NCBI GenBank assembly: GCA_030599585.1
Contig: JAUVNS010000003.1
Coordinates: 32,001-96,000, forward strand
DNA from: Promethearchaeota archaeon
GTDB taxonomy: Archaea > Asgardarchaeota > Lokiarchaeia > Sigyniarchaeales > SOKP01
Direction of reading: 5' to 3'
Length of the DNA stretch: 64,000 nucleotides
Shown here: positions 19,916 to 28,907 of the stretch, one piece after another
Layout: each line of letters starts with the position of its first letter
Numbering within the stretch: position 1 is the stretch's first letter
Position numbers and translations under genes: made by a program
The notes under the pieces: model-generated
The model's database searches: none
Told to the model about the DNA's origin: nothing
Seen by the model: the letters and a program-made list of their open reading frames with translations, nothing else

Positions 19916-21325
19916 TTAGATTTTTTTATTATTATTTTCTTTTGTTTTATTATATTCCATCAATTTTTGGCGTAGTTTAACATTTTTTGATATTTTTTTT
20001 AATCCCTGGTCAAAATCATTTGGTGTTATTTCTATTTGTTTAAGTAATTTAGAATCAATTTCTTCAGAATCTAACTCAATTTGTGGTAGTACTCTTCTCA
20101 AGGCAAAAATTAAAGCTTCTTTACATACTCCAGTAATATCAGCTCCACTAAAATTCGGGGTGTTTTTAGCTAATTCTTTAATTGAAACCGATTTTTCTAA
20201 TGGCATACTTCTTGTATGAATTCTAAATATTTCTGCACGACTATTTTCTTCAGGTAAATTTATCTCAATTATTCTGTCAAATCTCCCCGGGCTAAGTAAA
20301 GCAGGCTCTAATGATTCTATTTTATTTGTTATGCCAATTACAATAACTTCCCCTCTACTATACGATCCATCTATCAAAGAAATTAATTGAGCAACAACTC
20401 TCTTTTCTACATCACCAGTTTTTTCTTCTCTTTTTGGAGCAATTACGTCGATATTATCTATGAATATAATAGCTGGGCTGTTATTTTCAGCTTTTTTGAA
20501 TAGCTCTCTTAGTTTTTTCTCAGATTCGCCATAAAATTTTCTCATTATTTCTGGACCATTTATTGAAATGGAGAAAGCTTCGCTTTCATTAGAAATTGCT
20601 CTTAATAAAAGAGATTTCCCACACCCTGAGGGGCCATATAGTAAGATTCCTCGTGGAAGTTTTATCTCAAACCTCGAACTTAGAGATGGAATCTTTGAAG
20701 GGAGTTCTATAATTTCTCTTATTTCCATTATCTCCTCTTTTAACCCTCCAATTTCTTCATATGTAACAAGATCTGCTCCTCCTTCATTATCTTCAATTAT
20801 ATCATCGCTTATTTTTAAAATTGTTCTTGGTTTAATTGTACAAACTCCGTTTGGTTTTAAATTTATTACTTTAAATGTTATCTCTCTACTAATTCCTATT
20901 GATATTAATAAGAGATCTCCAATTGTAACGGGGAAATTATTTAATTTTCGTTGAACGAAGGTTTCAAACCTTGGGTTTGATTTTAATTTAACACCAATTG
21001 GTGCTAAAACGATATTTTGAGCGGTATGAGTTTTTACTTTTCTGATTCGAATCGTTTCATCAATACTTGTACCTATATTTTTTATCAATCTAGAACTGAT
21101 ACGAACAATTCCTAATCCACTATCATGAGGATAACTTGGCCAAGCTATTCCAGCACTCTCTTTCTTTCCAACTAGGGCGATGATATCTCCAGTTTTTATA
21201 TCTAATATTTCCATGGTTTCCTGATCAATTCTTGCAATATTCCTTTCTTTATCCCTCTTTTTTGCTTTTTGTACGCGTAAAGCTACTATTAAGTCATCTT
21301 CAATATTATTAGTTCTATCTTTCAT
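19916..21325 (-). CDS. Cdc48/VAT-like AAA+ ATPase (N-domain plus a single AAA module), Walker B E->N
   Basis: N-domain (LRVQKA..RD..RNIARID), [28 protein letters not shown]. Confidence 0.9.
   Translation of the reverse strand: MKDRTNNIEDDLIVALRVQKAKKRDKERNIARIDQETMEILDIKTGDIIALVGKKESAGIAWPSYPHDSGLGIVRISSRLIKNIGTSIDETIRIRKVKTHTAQNIVLAPIGVKLKSNPRFETFVQRKLNNFPVTIGDLLLISIGISREITFKVINLKPNGVCTIKPRTILKISDDIIEDNEGGADLVTYEEIGGLKEEIMEIREIIELPSKIPSLSSRFEIKLPRGILLYGPSGCGKSLLLRAISNESEAFSISINGPEIMRKFYGESEKKLRELFKKAENNSPAIIFIDNIDVIAPKREEKTGDVEKRVVAQLISLIDGSYSRGEVIVIGITNKIESLEPALLSPGRFDRIIEINLPEENSRAEIFRIHTRSMPLEKSVSIKELAKNTPNFSGADITGVCKEALIFALRRVLPQIELDSEEIDSKLLKQIEITPNDFDQGLKKISKNVKLRQKLMEYNKTKENNNKKI
20163..20305. 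repeat. Copy 2 of the 143-bp near-identical segment
   Basis: See 18658-18800. Confidence 0.92.
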
Positions 21326-21514
21326 TATACATCAAAATTGAAATAAATGGATTTATTAGAATAGAAGGAATTCAGAGTTAAATAATTTCAGAACTTTAGT
21401 TGATCAATTCTTAAGATGTGATTTGGCAAAGTTTACAATAATACATAAATATGCTTAAAACATATACCATATCAATTTATAATTAAAAAAAATTAGGAAA
21501 ATTAGTGGTTAGTA

Positions 21515-22279
21515 TTGGATATTGTAGATATTTTGCAAGGAAGTCTTAGTCTAATTTTTGTTCTAATTTCCTTTGTTATCGGAGTCTCAATCATTTCCAA
21601 ATATGGTAAATTTAAGAGTCGCTTATACATTCTAGTAGGGCTAACCTGGCTCATGTTGTCCACTCTTTGGCTACCAGAAGCAGTTTCATTCCTAATGAGC
21701 TTAATTATTCAACAAACTCTCGTTATAGAATGGTATTTTATTCTCGGCAATGTTTTCGTTCCGGTCGCTGTTTTTACTTGGATTTATGCCTATACAGACA
21801 TGATCAGTAAAGATAAACAGAAATTTATTTTAATCTTAATAGTAATCTTTGGCATTGTATTTGAAGGGTTGTTTTTCTATCATTTCTTTTTGGATATAAA
21901 TTTAATTGGAGTAATTAGCCCGTTAAGACCATTTAGTGCCGATTTGGGATATTTTTTAACAATATTATTGTTAATATCATTTCTCATTTTATTTGTGACT
22001 GGTCTAAAGTTTGCTAGAAAATCAATAAAATCTGAAAATCAAGAAGTTAGATTAAAAGGGAAACTGCTTCAATTTGCTTTTATCGCTTTTACAATTGCCG
22101 CCCTGCTTGAGAAAACAGCAAGATCTATTCTGATAGGAACGGTTTTTCTTGATCCAACTATTCTATTCTTATCAGCGATACTAGTGATTGTAAGAGTGTT
22201 ATTAATATCAAGCGCTATTGCATTCTATGGTGGCTTTCTCTTACCACGCTGGATTAAGGAAATCTTTTTACAACAATAA
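21515..22279 (+). CDS. 7-TM integral membrane protein of unknown function, copy A (TTG start)
   Basis: Seven hydrophobic segments with basic short loops after TM1, TM3 and TM5. About 79% identical to 24106-24867 by hand count. Confidence 0.88.
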   Translation: MDIVDILQGSLSLIFVLISFVIGVSIISKYGKFKSRLYILVGLTWLMLSTLWLPEAVSFLMSLIIQQTLVIEWYFILGNVFVPVAVFTWIYAYTDMISKDKQKFILILIVIFGIVFEGLFFYHFFLDINLIGVISPLRPFSADLGYFLTILLLISFLILFVTGLKFARKSIKSENQEVRLKGKLLQFAFIAFTIAALLEKTARSILIGTVFLDPTILFLSAILVIVRVLLISSAIAFYGGFLLPRWIKEIFLQQ

Positions 22280-22302
22280 TTTTTTTTTTTAATTTTTTTT
22301 TT
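22280..22302 (+). terminator. Oligo-T archaeal terminator
   Basis: T11-AA-T10 directly after the stop codon. Confidence 0.6.
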
Positions 22303-22342
22303 ATATGCAATACAAGAATTTCATTTAAGAAGAAATTTTAAA

Positions 22343-22903
22343 TTACCTTGAAACTTTAAAGTAGAGCTCTCTTACTAGCTTTTGAAACGCTTCAATAACT
22401 CCTTGTCCTGTCAAAGCACTTGTTTTAAAGTATTCGATGATGGTATGTTCATTTACAAATTTCGTAACGTTAAAATCCGAATTATCTTTATCCTCGTTAG
22501 AAAACAGCTCGGTTTCATCAATTAAATCGATCTTGTTCCCAAATAAAGCAATTGGAATATCTCCGCAAAATTTTTTAAGTTCATTCAACCACTTTTCGAG
22601 GTGATCAAAACTTTCTAATTCTTCGGGAGCATGGGAAAACACAATTATTGCCCCACTGCTTCCCTTATAAAACTTCTTGCGCATTAATTCAAACGTTTCC
22701 TGTCCCGCAATATCCCAAATGAACAATCGAACTTTCTTACCTTCTAGATATTCTTCATATTTCGAAAATTGAGCGCCTAAAGTGGCAATATAATCCTTTT
22801 GAAAAGCTCCCGTGGTGTATTTCCTAATTAAAGTAGTCTTTCCAACCGAGGGATCTCCAACTACTATTATTTTAAATTTAAAATCTTCTTCGTAGCCTGA
22901 CAT
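22343..22903 (-). CDS. Rab/Ras-like small GTPase
   Basis: G1 GDPSVGKT, G2 ATLG, G3 WDIAGQE, G4 NKID, G5 TSAL. No C-terminal prenylation cysteine. Confidence 0.95.
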   Translation of the reverse strand: MSGYEEDFKFKIIVVGDPSVGKTTLIRKYTTGAFQKDYIATLGAQFSKYEEYLEGKKVRLFIWDIAGQETFELMRKKFYKGSSGAIIVFSHAPEELESFDHLEKWLNELKKFCGDIPIALFGNKIDLIDETELFSNEDKDNSDFNVTKFVNEHTIIEYFKTSALTGQGVIEAFQKLVRELYFKVSR

Positions 22904-23080
22904 TATATTTTAGAAAAATTAAGTTTTTTTTTAAATTTTTAATATCTACAATGAATAATGAACTCGATTATTTTTATCTCTTTATAAAGTTCCAAATCTC
23001 AACATTTAAAGAATTAAAGATTTATTGTTACTATTAAGGAAATTTTGAAACTAATTAAAGAGAATAAATTTGATGTAAAT

Positions 23081-23977
23081 ATGACCGAAGATCAAGAAAA
23101 TCAAAACGAAGGTGAAAATAATACGGAGAAAGAAGAATTAAGCGAAGATCGAGACGATTTAGACACATATATCTCAGAAATGAAGCACCTTGAGACAGAT
23201 TTTTCTGATTTGGAAGACTTAGATTTCGAAGAATTAAAAGAAATGCAAGAAGCGATTGCAAAAGTAAAAGAATTAGAAAAATTTGAGGTTGACGGGAATT
23301 TCGAGGAAATTGTACCAAATATTCAATCATCTGAGCAAGAAGATTATATAGCGCAAAAAGAAGCGATGATAAGTGATTTTTCAGATATTGAAGGTATTGA
23401 TTTTGAGGAACTACAAGAAATGCAAAAAGCAATTGAATCTGTAAAACAAGAAGAAATTCAAGAAACTGGAGCAAATTTAAACCAAATGGGTGGAACCGAT
23501 TTAATATCTTCAGATTTGGAAGAACGGATAAAGCAAGAACTCTTAGAAAGAAAGCAAGAAACCAAGAAAAAAGTTATCACTCCAGAACTTTTCATTGAGC
23601 GCACTAAGGATAAGCTAGATAAAATTTGGTATCATGCGCTTTGTTATTTAGTTTATGAGGCAGAAGACCACATTGCGAGTAAGACACTTCTCTATGAAAT
23701 GTTGAAGGAAGTAACGAGCAAAAGTCCGATAGATCCCATTCCAGAAAACCAGTTTTATTTTGGATTAGGATACATTTTAAGATTATCGCTAAATGAGAAA
23801 CAAGTTGTTAAATACATCAAAGGGGGCAAATTTAAGGTTAATGTAGCCGAAAAAGGGATAAAAGATATTCTAGACGAATTAGGGGAACCAATAAGCAGAC
23901 GACCCATTCTCACGGATGAAGAAAAGAAGAAAATGTATGAAGAATTTCTCAATGACGATTTTTTCGATCAAATTTGA
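23081..23977 (+). CDS. Hypothetical protein with an acidic N-half carrying a tandem repeat and a globular, possibly winged-helix, C-domain
   Basis: Long ORF. The repeat DFSD(L/I)E.(L/I)DFEEL.EMQ.AI..VK occurs twice, 59 aa apart. The ATG at 23081 is preferred over the TTG at 23045. Confidence 0.8.
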   Translation: MTEDQENQNEGENNTEKEELSEDRDDLDTYISEMKHLETDFSDLEDLDFEELKEMQEAIAKVKELEKFEVDGNFEEIVPNIQSSEQEDYIAQKEAMISDFSDIEGIDFEELQEMQKAIESVKQEEIQETGANLNQMGGTDLISSDLEERIKQELLERKQETKKKVITPELFIERTKDKLDKIWYHALCYLVYEAEDHIASKTLLYEMLKEVTSKSPIDPIPENQFYFGLGYILRLSLNEKQVVKYIKGGKFKVNVAEKGIKDILDELGEPISRRPILTDEEKKKMYEEFLNDDFFDQI

Positions 23978-24105
23978 AGGAATGAAATAAATCGTAATGT
24001 TTATCTAAAAACTGCTTCTGATACTTAAAATTATAAATAGATCAAAATATTAATTACATACTTCTTACCATTTAATAAAAAAAAATAGAAAAATTAGTGG
24101 TTAAT

Positions 24106-24867
24106 ATGGATATAGTAGATATTTTACAAGGAAGTCTTAGCCTAATTTTTGTTCTAATTTCCTTTGTTATCGGATTTACAATCATTTCCAAATATGGTAA
24201 AATTAAGAATAGATTATACATTCTTGTGGGGCTTACTTGGCTCACATTGTCCACTCTTTGGCTACCAGAAGCAAGTTCATTCCTAATGAGCTTATTCATT
24301 CAACAAACTCTCGCTATAGAATGGTATTTTATTCTTGGAAATGTTTTCGTTCCGATCGCTTTAATTTGTTGGGTAACTGCTTATACAGATATGGTCAATA
24401 AAAAAAAACAAAAGATACCTATAGCGCTCATTTTAGTCTTTAGTGTTGTCTTTGAAGTGCTGTTTTTTTACCATTTCTTTTTGGATATAAACTTAATTGG
24501 AGTAATTAGCCCGTTAAGTCCCTTTAGTGCCGATTTGGGCTATTTCTTAGCAATATTATTGTTAATTTCATTTCTCATCTTATTTATGACCGGTTTTAAG
24601 TTTGCTAGAAAATCAATAAGGTCTGAAAATAAAGAAGTTCGATTAAAAGGGAAACTCCTCCAGGTAGCGTTTATTACTTTTACTATCGCTGCTTTATTAG
24701 AGAAAACAATTAGATCAATTCTTTTAGGTATCGTCTTTACAGACCCGACCAATCCGGTATTATCCATTGCGTTAGTGGTTGATCGATTACTCTTGATTAT
24801 TAGCGCATTTGCGTTTTACGGTGGTTTTCTCTTACCCGGTTGGATGAAAAAAATCTTTACCAAATAA
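24106..24867 (+). CDS. 7-TM integral membrane protein of unknown function, copy B
   Basis: Paralogue of 21515-22279. The ATG at 24106 aligns with the TTG start of copy A, and the upstream AAAATTAGTGGTTA is conserved. Confidence 0.88.
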   Translation: MDIVDILQGSLSLIFVLISFVIGFTIISKYGKIKNRLYILVGLTWLTLSTLWLPEASSFLMSLFIQQTLAIEWYFILGNVFVPIALICWVTAYTDMVNKKKQKIPIALILVFSVVFEVLFFYHFFLDINLIGVISPLSPFSADLGYFLAILLLISFLILFMTGFKFARKSIRSENKEVRLKGKLLQVAFITFTIAALLEKTIRSILLGIVFTDPTNPVLSIALVVDRLLLIISAFAFYGGFLLPGWMKKIFTK

Positions 24868-24882
24868 TTTTTTTTTCTTTTT
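24868..24882 (+). terminator. Oligo-T archaeal terminator
   Basis: T9-C-T5 directly after the stop codon, mirroring copy A. Confidence 0.55.
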
Positions 24883-25018
24883 ATTATTAATTGATTAAAC
24901 CCTTTATACATAAAATAAGAATTTCTTCACTTAGTAAACTGTGAATGTTAATATGATTAAAAATATTTAATTAATTAGTAGATATCAAACATATAGCCAT
25001 ATTTTATTATTCAAAGCC

Positions 25019-25654
25019 ATGAAAGATAAACCTTCTCTACTGATTATGGGAAATTCAAATGTAGGAAAAAGTTCAATAACAAGACTATTACTCCCAAATC
25101 CAAAAAAGTTTAAAGGGAGGGCAGGTAAACAACCCGGGAGCACACTACTAATAAAATCTATAGGGTTTCCTCAGATGCCATATAAAATCGTGGATTTACC
25201 CGGATTTGGGTATATGAAGGACTCTAGCCGCCGAAGAGAGGAACACATAAAGAAACAAATAGTCATACATATTGAAAAACACCATCATGAATACTTTTTT
25301 GGTTTAATAGTACTGAATTCATTAAGAATTGAAGATGAGTTAAAAAAATATTTTAAGGAAAATGAGACTGCTATCCCTCTAACTTTTGAATTGATTAAAT
25401 TTCTAATTGAATTTGAAATACCACTTTTGGTCATTTTAAATAAAATAGATAAGATTTCAGTTTTCGATAAGAAAAGAATATTTTCACTTTTGATCAATTC
25501 TGCTAAGGCTTATGACTTAAACTTAGTTCAACTAACTGATGAAGTAGGTAATAATAATAATGAAATACCTTATTTAGAATTCTCGGCATTGAAAAAAACA
25601 AATTTAGATAAATTAAAAAGAGTTATAAAAGCATCCCTACAAAAGAAAGGTTAA
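25019..25654 (+). CDS. engB: EngB/YihA/YsxC-family ribosome biogenesis GTPase
   Basis: GNSNVGKSS, PGST, DLPGFGY, NKID, FSAL. Confidence 0.88.
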   Translation: MKDKPSLLIMGNSNVGKSSITRLLLPNPKKFKGRAGKQPGSTLLIKSIGFPQMPYKIVDLPGFGYMKDSSRRREEHIKKQIVIHIEKHHHEYFFGLIVLNSLRIEDELKKYFKENETAIPLTFELIKFLIEFEIPLLVILNKIDKISVFDKKRIFSLLINSAKAYDLNLVQLTDEVGNNNNEIPYLEFSALKKTNLDKLKRVIKASLQKKG

Positions 25655-25670
25655 AAACTTTTTTTTGAAC

Positions 25671-26960
25671 CTAAGGATTTTTTATTACAGGATCTTTATT
25701 CTTATCCCAATTTATAGCAAACAAGAAATCTCTACTTGCCTTATTTCTATAGATCAATGGAAAGTTTCCTATTTCTTCGAATTTGAGAGCTAAATCTTCT
25801 AAATATTCGTAAGTAGGAAAGAAATACTGTATAGATTCTTCGCTATTTAATCGCTTATTTATATTTAGCGCTCGTGCTTGAAGTGTAAAACCCTTTATTT
25901 CAAAAAAATTGGGATTAGCCTTATCAATTAATTTAATATAGTCCTTTATGTAATTTTCAGATATATTTAAGTTTTTTACAGCTGTTAATCTTACTAAGGT
26001 TCTACAAGATAAACTTTCGACTATATCTAAGGTGTCCGATATTTTACTCCACCCATTTTTAATCATAGGACGACAAACTTTTTTATAAATATCTTCATTT
26101 GGTGCTGGTAGCGTGACATAGAGTTGGGATGGCAACGAGTTTAAACTTTCAATTCTTTCTGGTAACGTACCGTTAGTTACAATAAAGGTAGTCATATTTC
26201 GATTACGAAACTCACTTACCAATCCATCTAATTTTGGATATAAGAATGGTTCGCCATCAAGAGATATAGCTGCGTGATTAGGGTTCATAGCTTCACTATG
26301 AGCTTGCATGATTTCATCAGGTGTAGTTAAGGATACGTTGATCAACCTCACGACTTCTTCTCTAGAATCTATACAACAAGATATCTCTTCATCCAGCTTA
26401 TAATTTTTTAACGAATCATCTGAGGGATGAATAAATTCTTGATTTTTTAAAAGATTTACAGCTCTTTCAATTTTGTTCTTACTAACGTGAAGACTCTTGG
26501 ACAGAGAATTTATACTATGATCTTCGCTATTTTTTAACATGTAATAAAGCATATCTGCCATAATCTCATAATTTTCAAGATATCGTCTTAAAGGTAAGTG
26601 ATTTTTAATAATATCTTGATGGTGGCGTATCATTTCATCAACGAGTTCCTTGGGTTCATCTGGTATGACAATAAAATCTCTACCTAGATTTCCTAATTCG
26701 TTATCTCTCCAGCAAAAAACACATTGCTGATTACAAAAAGGCAAAGCAGGAGTATTTTGTAAGCATCGATGACTTTCAATACCAAAAACGCCCTTATAAC
26801 AATTTCTATTATTTCTACCAGTCATCAGTTTTTGTTCTAACCAATGACAAGGTTTAATTGCAGTATGTTTATTTTTTCCAATAATCCGATACGTTGATTT
26901 TGAATATGCTTCTACAAACGCATTTGTAATCTTATTGTCAATAATATATGGATTCGTCAT
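25671..26960 (-). CDS. taw1: Radical SAM 4-demethylwyosine synthase Taw1/TYW1 with an internal insertion
   Basis: HTAIKPCHW, CYKGVFGIESHRC, CNQQCVFCWR (CxxxCxxC), HAAISLDGEP, VTNGT, PSQLYVTL, EIKGF. Confidence 0.93.
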   Translation of the reverse strand: MTNPYIIDNKITNAFVEAYSKSTYRIIGKNKHTAIKPCHWLEQKLMTGRNNRNCYKGVFGIESHRCLQNTPALPFCNQQCVFCWRDNELGNLGRDFIVIPDEPKELVDEMIRHHQDIIKNHLPLRRYLENYEIMADMLYYMLKNSEDHSINSLSKSLHVSKNKIERAVNLLKNQEFIHPSDDSLKNYKLDEEISCCIDSREEVVRLINVSLTTPDEIMQAHSEAMNPNHAAISLDGEPFLYPKLDGLVSEFRNRNMTTFIVTNGTLPERIESLNSLPSQLYVTLPAPNEDIYKKVCRPMIKNGWSKISDTLDIVESLSCRTLVRLTAVKNLNISENYIKDYIKLIDKANPNFFEIKGFTLQARALNINKRLNSEESIQYFFPTYEYLEDLALKFEEIGNFPLIYRNKASRDFLFAINWDKNKDPVIKNP

Positions 26961-27089
26961 TCTCCAATACCATGTTTTTATTCAAAGTCTAATAGATTAT
27001 AATTATAGGTTAATTTAGATATTAAAAATTATTATTTAGAAATATAAGTAGTGATTAGGATTTCATAAGAATTTTTAACGGAGAAAAAA

Positions 27090-27965
27090 ATGCTAAATAA
27101 AATTAAAGGTCAGATGTTAAATTTGGGTTTGAAATTCATTTCTGTAAATGAGAAAGTAGTTCGGATGATATTGGAAACAGGATCTTCGAACATTAACGAA
27201 ATCGTGATAATGCCCGCTGTTAAGATCGTTATGAAAAAGTTAGCTAAGCGACTTCAAAATAAAATCGTTCATGGTAGAGTTTATAACGGTACTCTAAACG
27301 GAATTAAAGTAAGTATTATCCGATCTCAAGTAGGATGTCCCAACATGGCACTTACCTTAGAGTGTTTGAAAAGATCAAAAGCAAAAATAGTTGTAAGAGT
27401 AGATTTTTGTGGTGGTATTTATGGAGAGAATACTGCGATAAATATTGGTGATATTGTGATACCAAAATCAGCTTATTGTGGAGATGGAACGAGTTCTGAG
27501 TACTTAAGAGCTAATCCGACTCTTTTGAACCGATTAGAATCAATAACCAACCCACTTTCATCAACCCAAAATCTTATCGCTAGTCCACAAACAATTTTTA
27601 TATCTAAACCTAACGAAATTTTAAAACAACTTCTTATTAAGGAAGCTCGTTCTCTTTTAACAGGTAAAGTTATAGAATCGCACCTTTGGACTACAGATGC
27701 GTTATTTTGTGAAACGTATGAATTTGTACGTGCCCTAAATTCAATCGATATCAAAGCAATAGACATGGAATCCTCGATTCTATTTTTATTGGGGCAACTT
27801 TACAATATAAAGGTTGCGTCAATCCTATCTGTTTCGGATTTACCTGGAGATGAGAAATACGATCTGCTTAAATCAAATGATCTTCATCCAGATATGGAAT
27901 CTGGAATAGATAACGCTATTAAAATTCTAATAAAAGCTCTCCCAAAAATACAACATTCAATATGA
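27090..27965 (+). CDS. Nucleoside phosphorylase-I superfamily (PNP/UDP) protein
   Basis: NGIKVSII..QVGCP, RVDFCGG, IGDIVIP, GDGTS..Y, WTTDA, IDMES, VSD. Confidence 0.85.
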   Translation: MLNKIKGQMLNLGLKFISVNEKVVRMILETGSSNINEIVIMPAVKIVMKKLAKRLQNKIVHGRVYNGTLNGIKVSIIRSQVGCPNMALTLECLKRSKAKIVVRVDFCGGIYGENTAINIGDIVIPKSAYCGDGTSSEYLRANPTLLNRLESITNPLSSTQNLIASPQTIFISKPNEILKQLLIKEARSLLTGKVIESHLWTTDALFCETYEFVRALNSIDIKAIDMESSILFLLGQLYNIKVASILSVSDLPGDEKYDLLKSNDLHPDMESGIDNAIKILIKALPKIQHSI

Positions 27966-27976
27966 AAACAGGGTTA

Positions 27977-28882
27977 CTATAAACCGTTTAGTAATTTAGA
28001 GAAATCAGGTTCGTCAAAAAACTCGTTAAACTTTGTTAAAAGCTCAATATTTATCACGTGTATTTTTTGATTTTTTTGTGTTTTAACTGATTTCACTAAA
28101 TCTAATTCTTTTAATTTTTTTAAGTGGTATTGAACGGTTCCAGAATAGACATCAAGTCCTTCTCCTATCTTAGAAATAGAAATACCCTCTTCCCTAAAAA
28201 ATGCCTCTATTAGTTTTGGAATTAGAGGATTTGTAAAAACTACTTTAAATTTATCATAATCTTCTGGTACATCAGCTAAGAAATAATGTAAAGATTTTCC
28301 TATTCTTTTCGACCTTATGAGTTTGAAACGCTCTAAAGTCATAATATGTTTTAAAAAAGGAGTTCTCGTTATTCCTAATTCTTCTTCGACTTTGTCATCT
28401 CTAGCATGAATTCCTGGATTTTTTTTTATGAACTCCAATATTTTAGCTAGTTTATCGTTGTTTAGAATTTCTAACTTTGTTCTTCTTTCATTTGTGACAA
28501 TCCAACTTTTATCTTCCAAACTTCGTATTGCTAAAAATATTTCTTCCTTACTATAACCTTTCTTGTACGCTAGTTTCGCAATACTTTTTGCGTATAATTT
28601 CTCAATAATAGGAAATTTCTGCAACTCCTCTTCAGAAGATACGTCAATTTCAAAATCGGCATCATACCTTTTTAATTTTAAAATATCTTTTGCGATATTC
28701 AAAACATCAACTTCAATTTCAGTAAGCTCTTCGATTAATGGTTCAGTTTCTATTTGTGATTCCTTTTTTTTCTCTACTTTAGCATCTTGCAGAGGAGTAA
28801 AATCTACGCGTCTAAATGAACTTCCTTCTAATTCTCTTTTCCTGTGTTTTCCTTTTAGTTCTTTTCTTTTCTCTAACGACAT
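27977..28882 (-). CDS. Multi-winged-helix transcriptional regulator
   Basis: ILEFIKKNPGIH...ELGI...KHIMTLERFKLI and GISISKIGEGLDVYSGTVQYHLKKLKELDLV. A possible third, degenerate wHTH lies upstream. Confidence 0.8.
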   Translation of the reverse strand: MSLEKRKELKGKHRKRELEGSSFRRVDFTPLQDAKVEKKKESQIETEPLIEELTEIEVDVLNIAKDILKLKRYDADFEIDVSSEEELQKFPIIEKLYAKSIAKLAYKKGYSKEEIFLAIRSLEDKSWIVTNERRTKLEILNNDKLAKILEFIKKNPGIHARDDKVEEELGITRTPFLKHIMTLERFKLIRSKRIGKSLHYFLADVPEDYDKFKVVFTNPLIPKLIEAFFREEGISISKIGEGLDVYSGTVQYHLKKLKELDLVKSVKTQKNQKIHVINIELLTKFNEFFDEPDFSKLLNGL

Positions 28883-28907
28883 TACTCAATGAGTTTATGT
28901 TTAAATT

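Noticed and set aside
23198-23445. The acidic repeats as canonical ubiquitin-interacting motifs
   Set aside because: The conserved UIM Ser four residues after the Ala is Val in both copies. They are kept only as a generic motif.
21515-24867. The 7-TM proteins as microbial rhodopsins or schizorhodopsins
   Set aside because: TM7 has no retinal-binding Lys (it has Arg in VRVLL/DRLLL), and TM3 has no RYxxW-type motif.
21515-24867. The 7-TM duplication as an assembly artefact or as the ends of a composite transposon
   Set aside because: The copies differ at about 50 residues and many silent sites. No transposase, terminal inverted repeats or target-site duplication is visible.
26316-26600. The Taw1 insertion as an intein
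   Set aside because: It has no N-terminal Cys/Ser block or C-terminal His-Asn, and its pattern is helical and wHTH-like.
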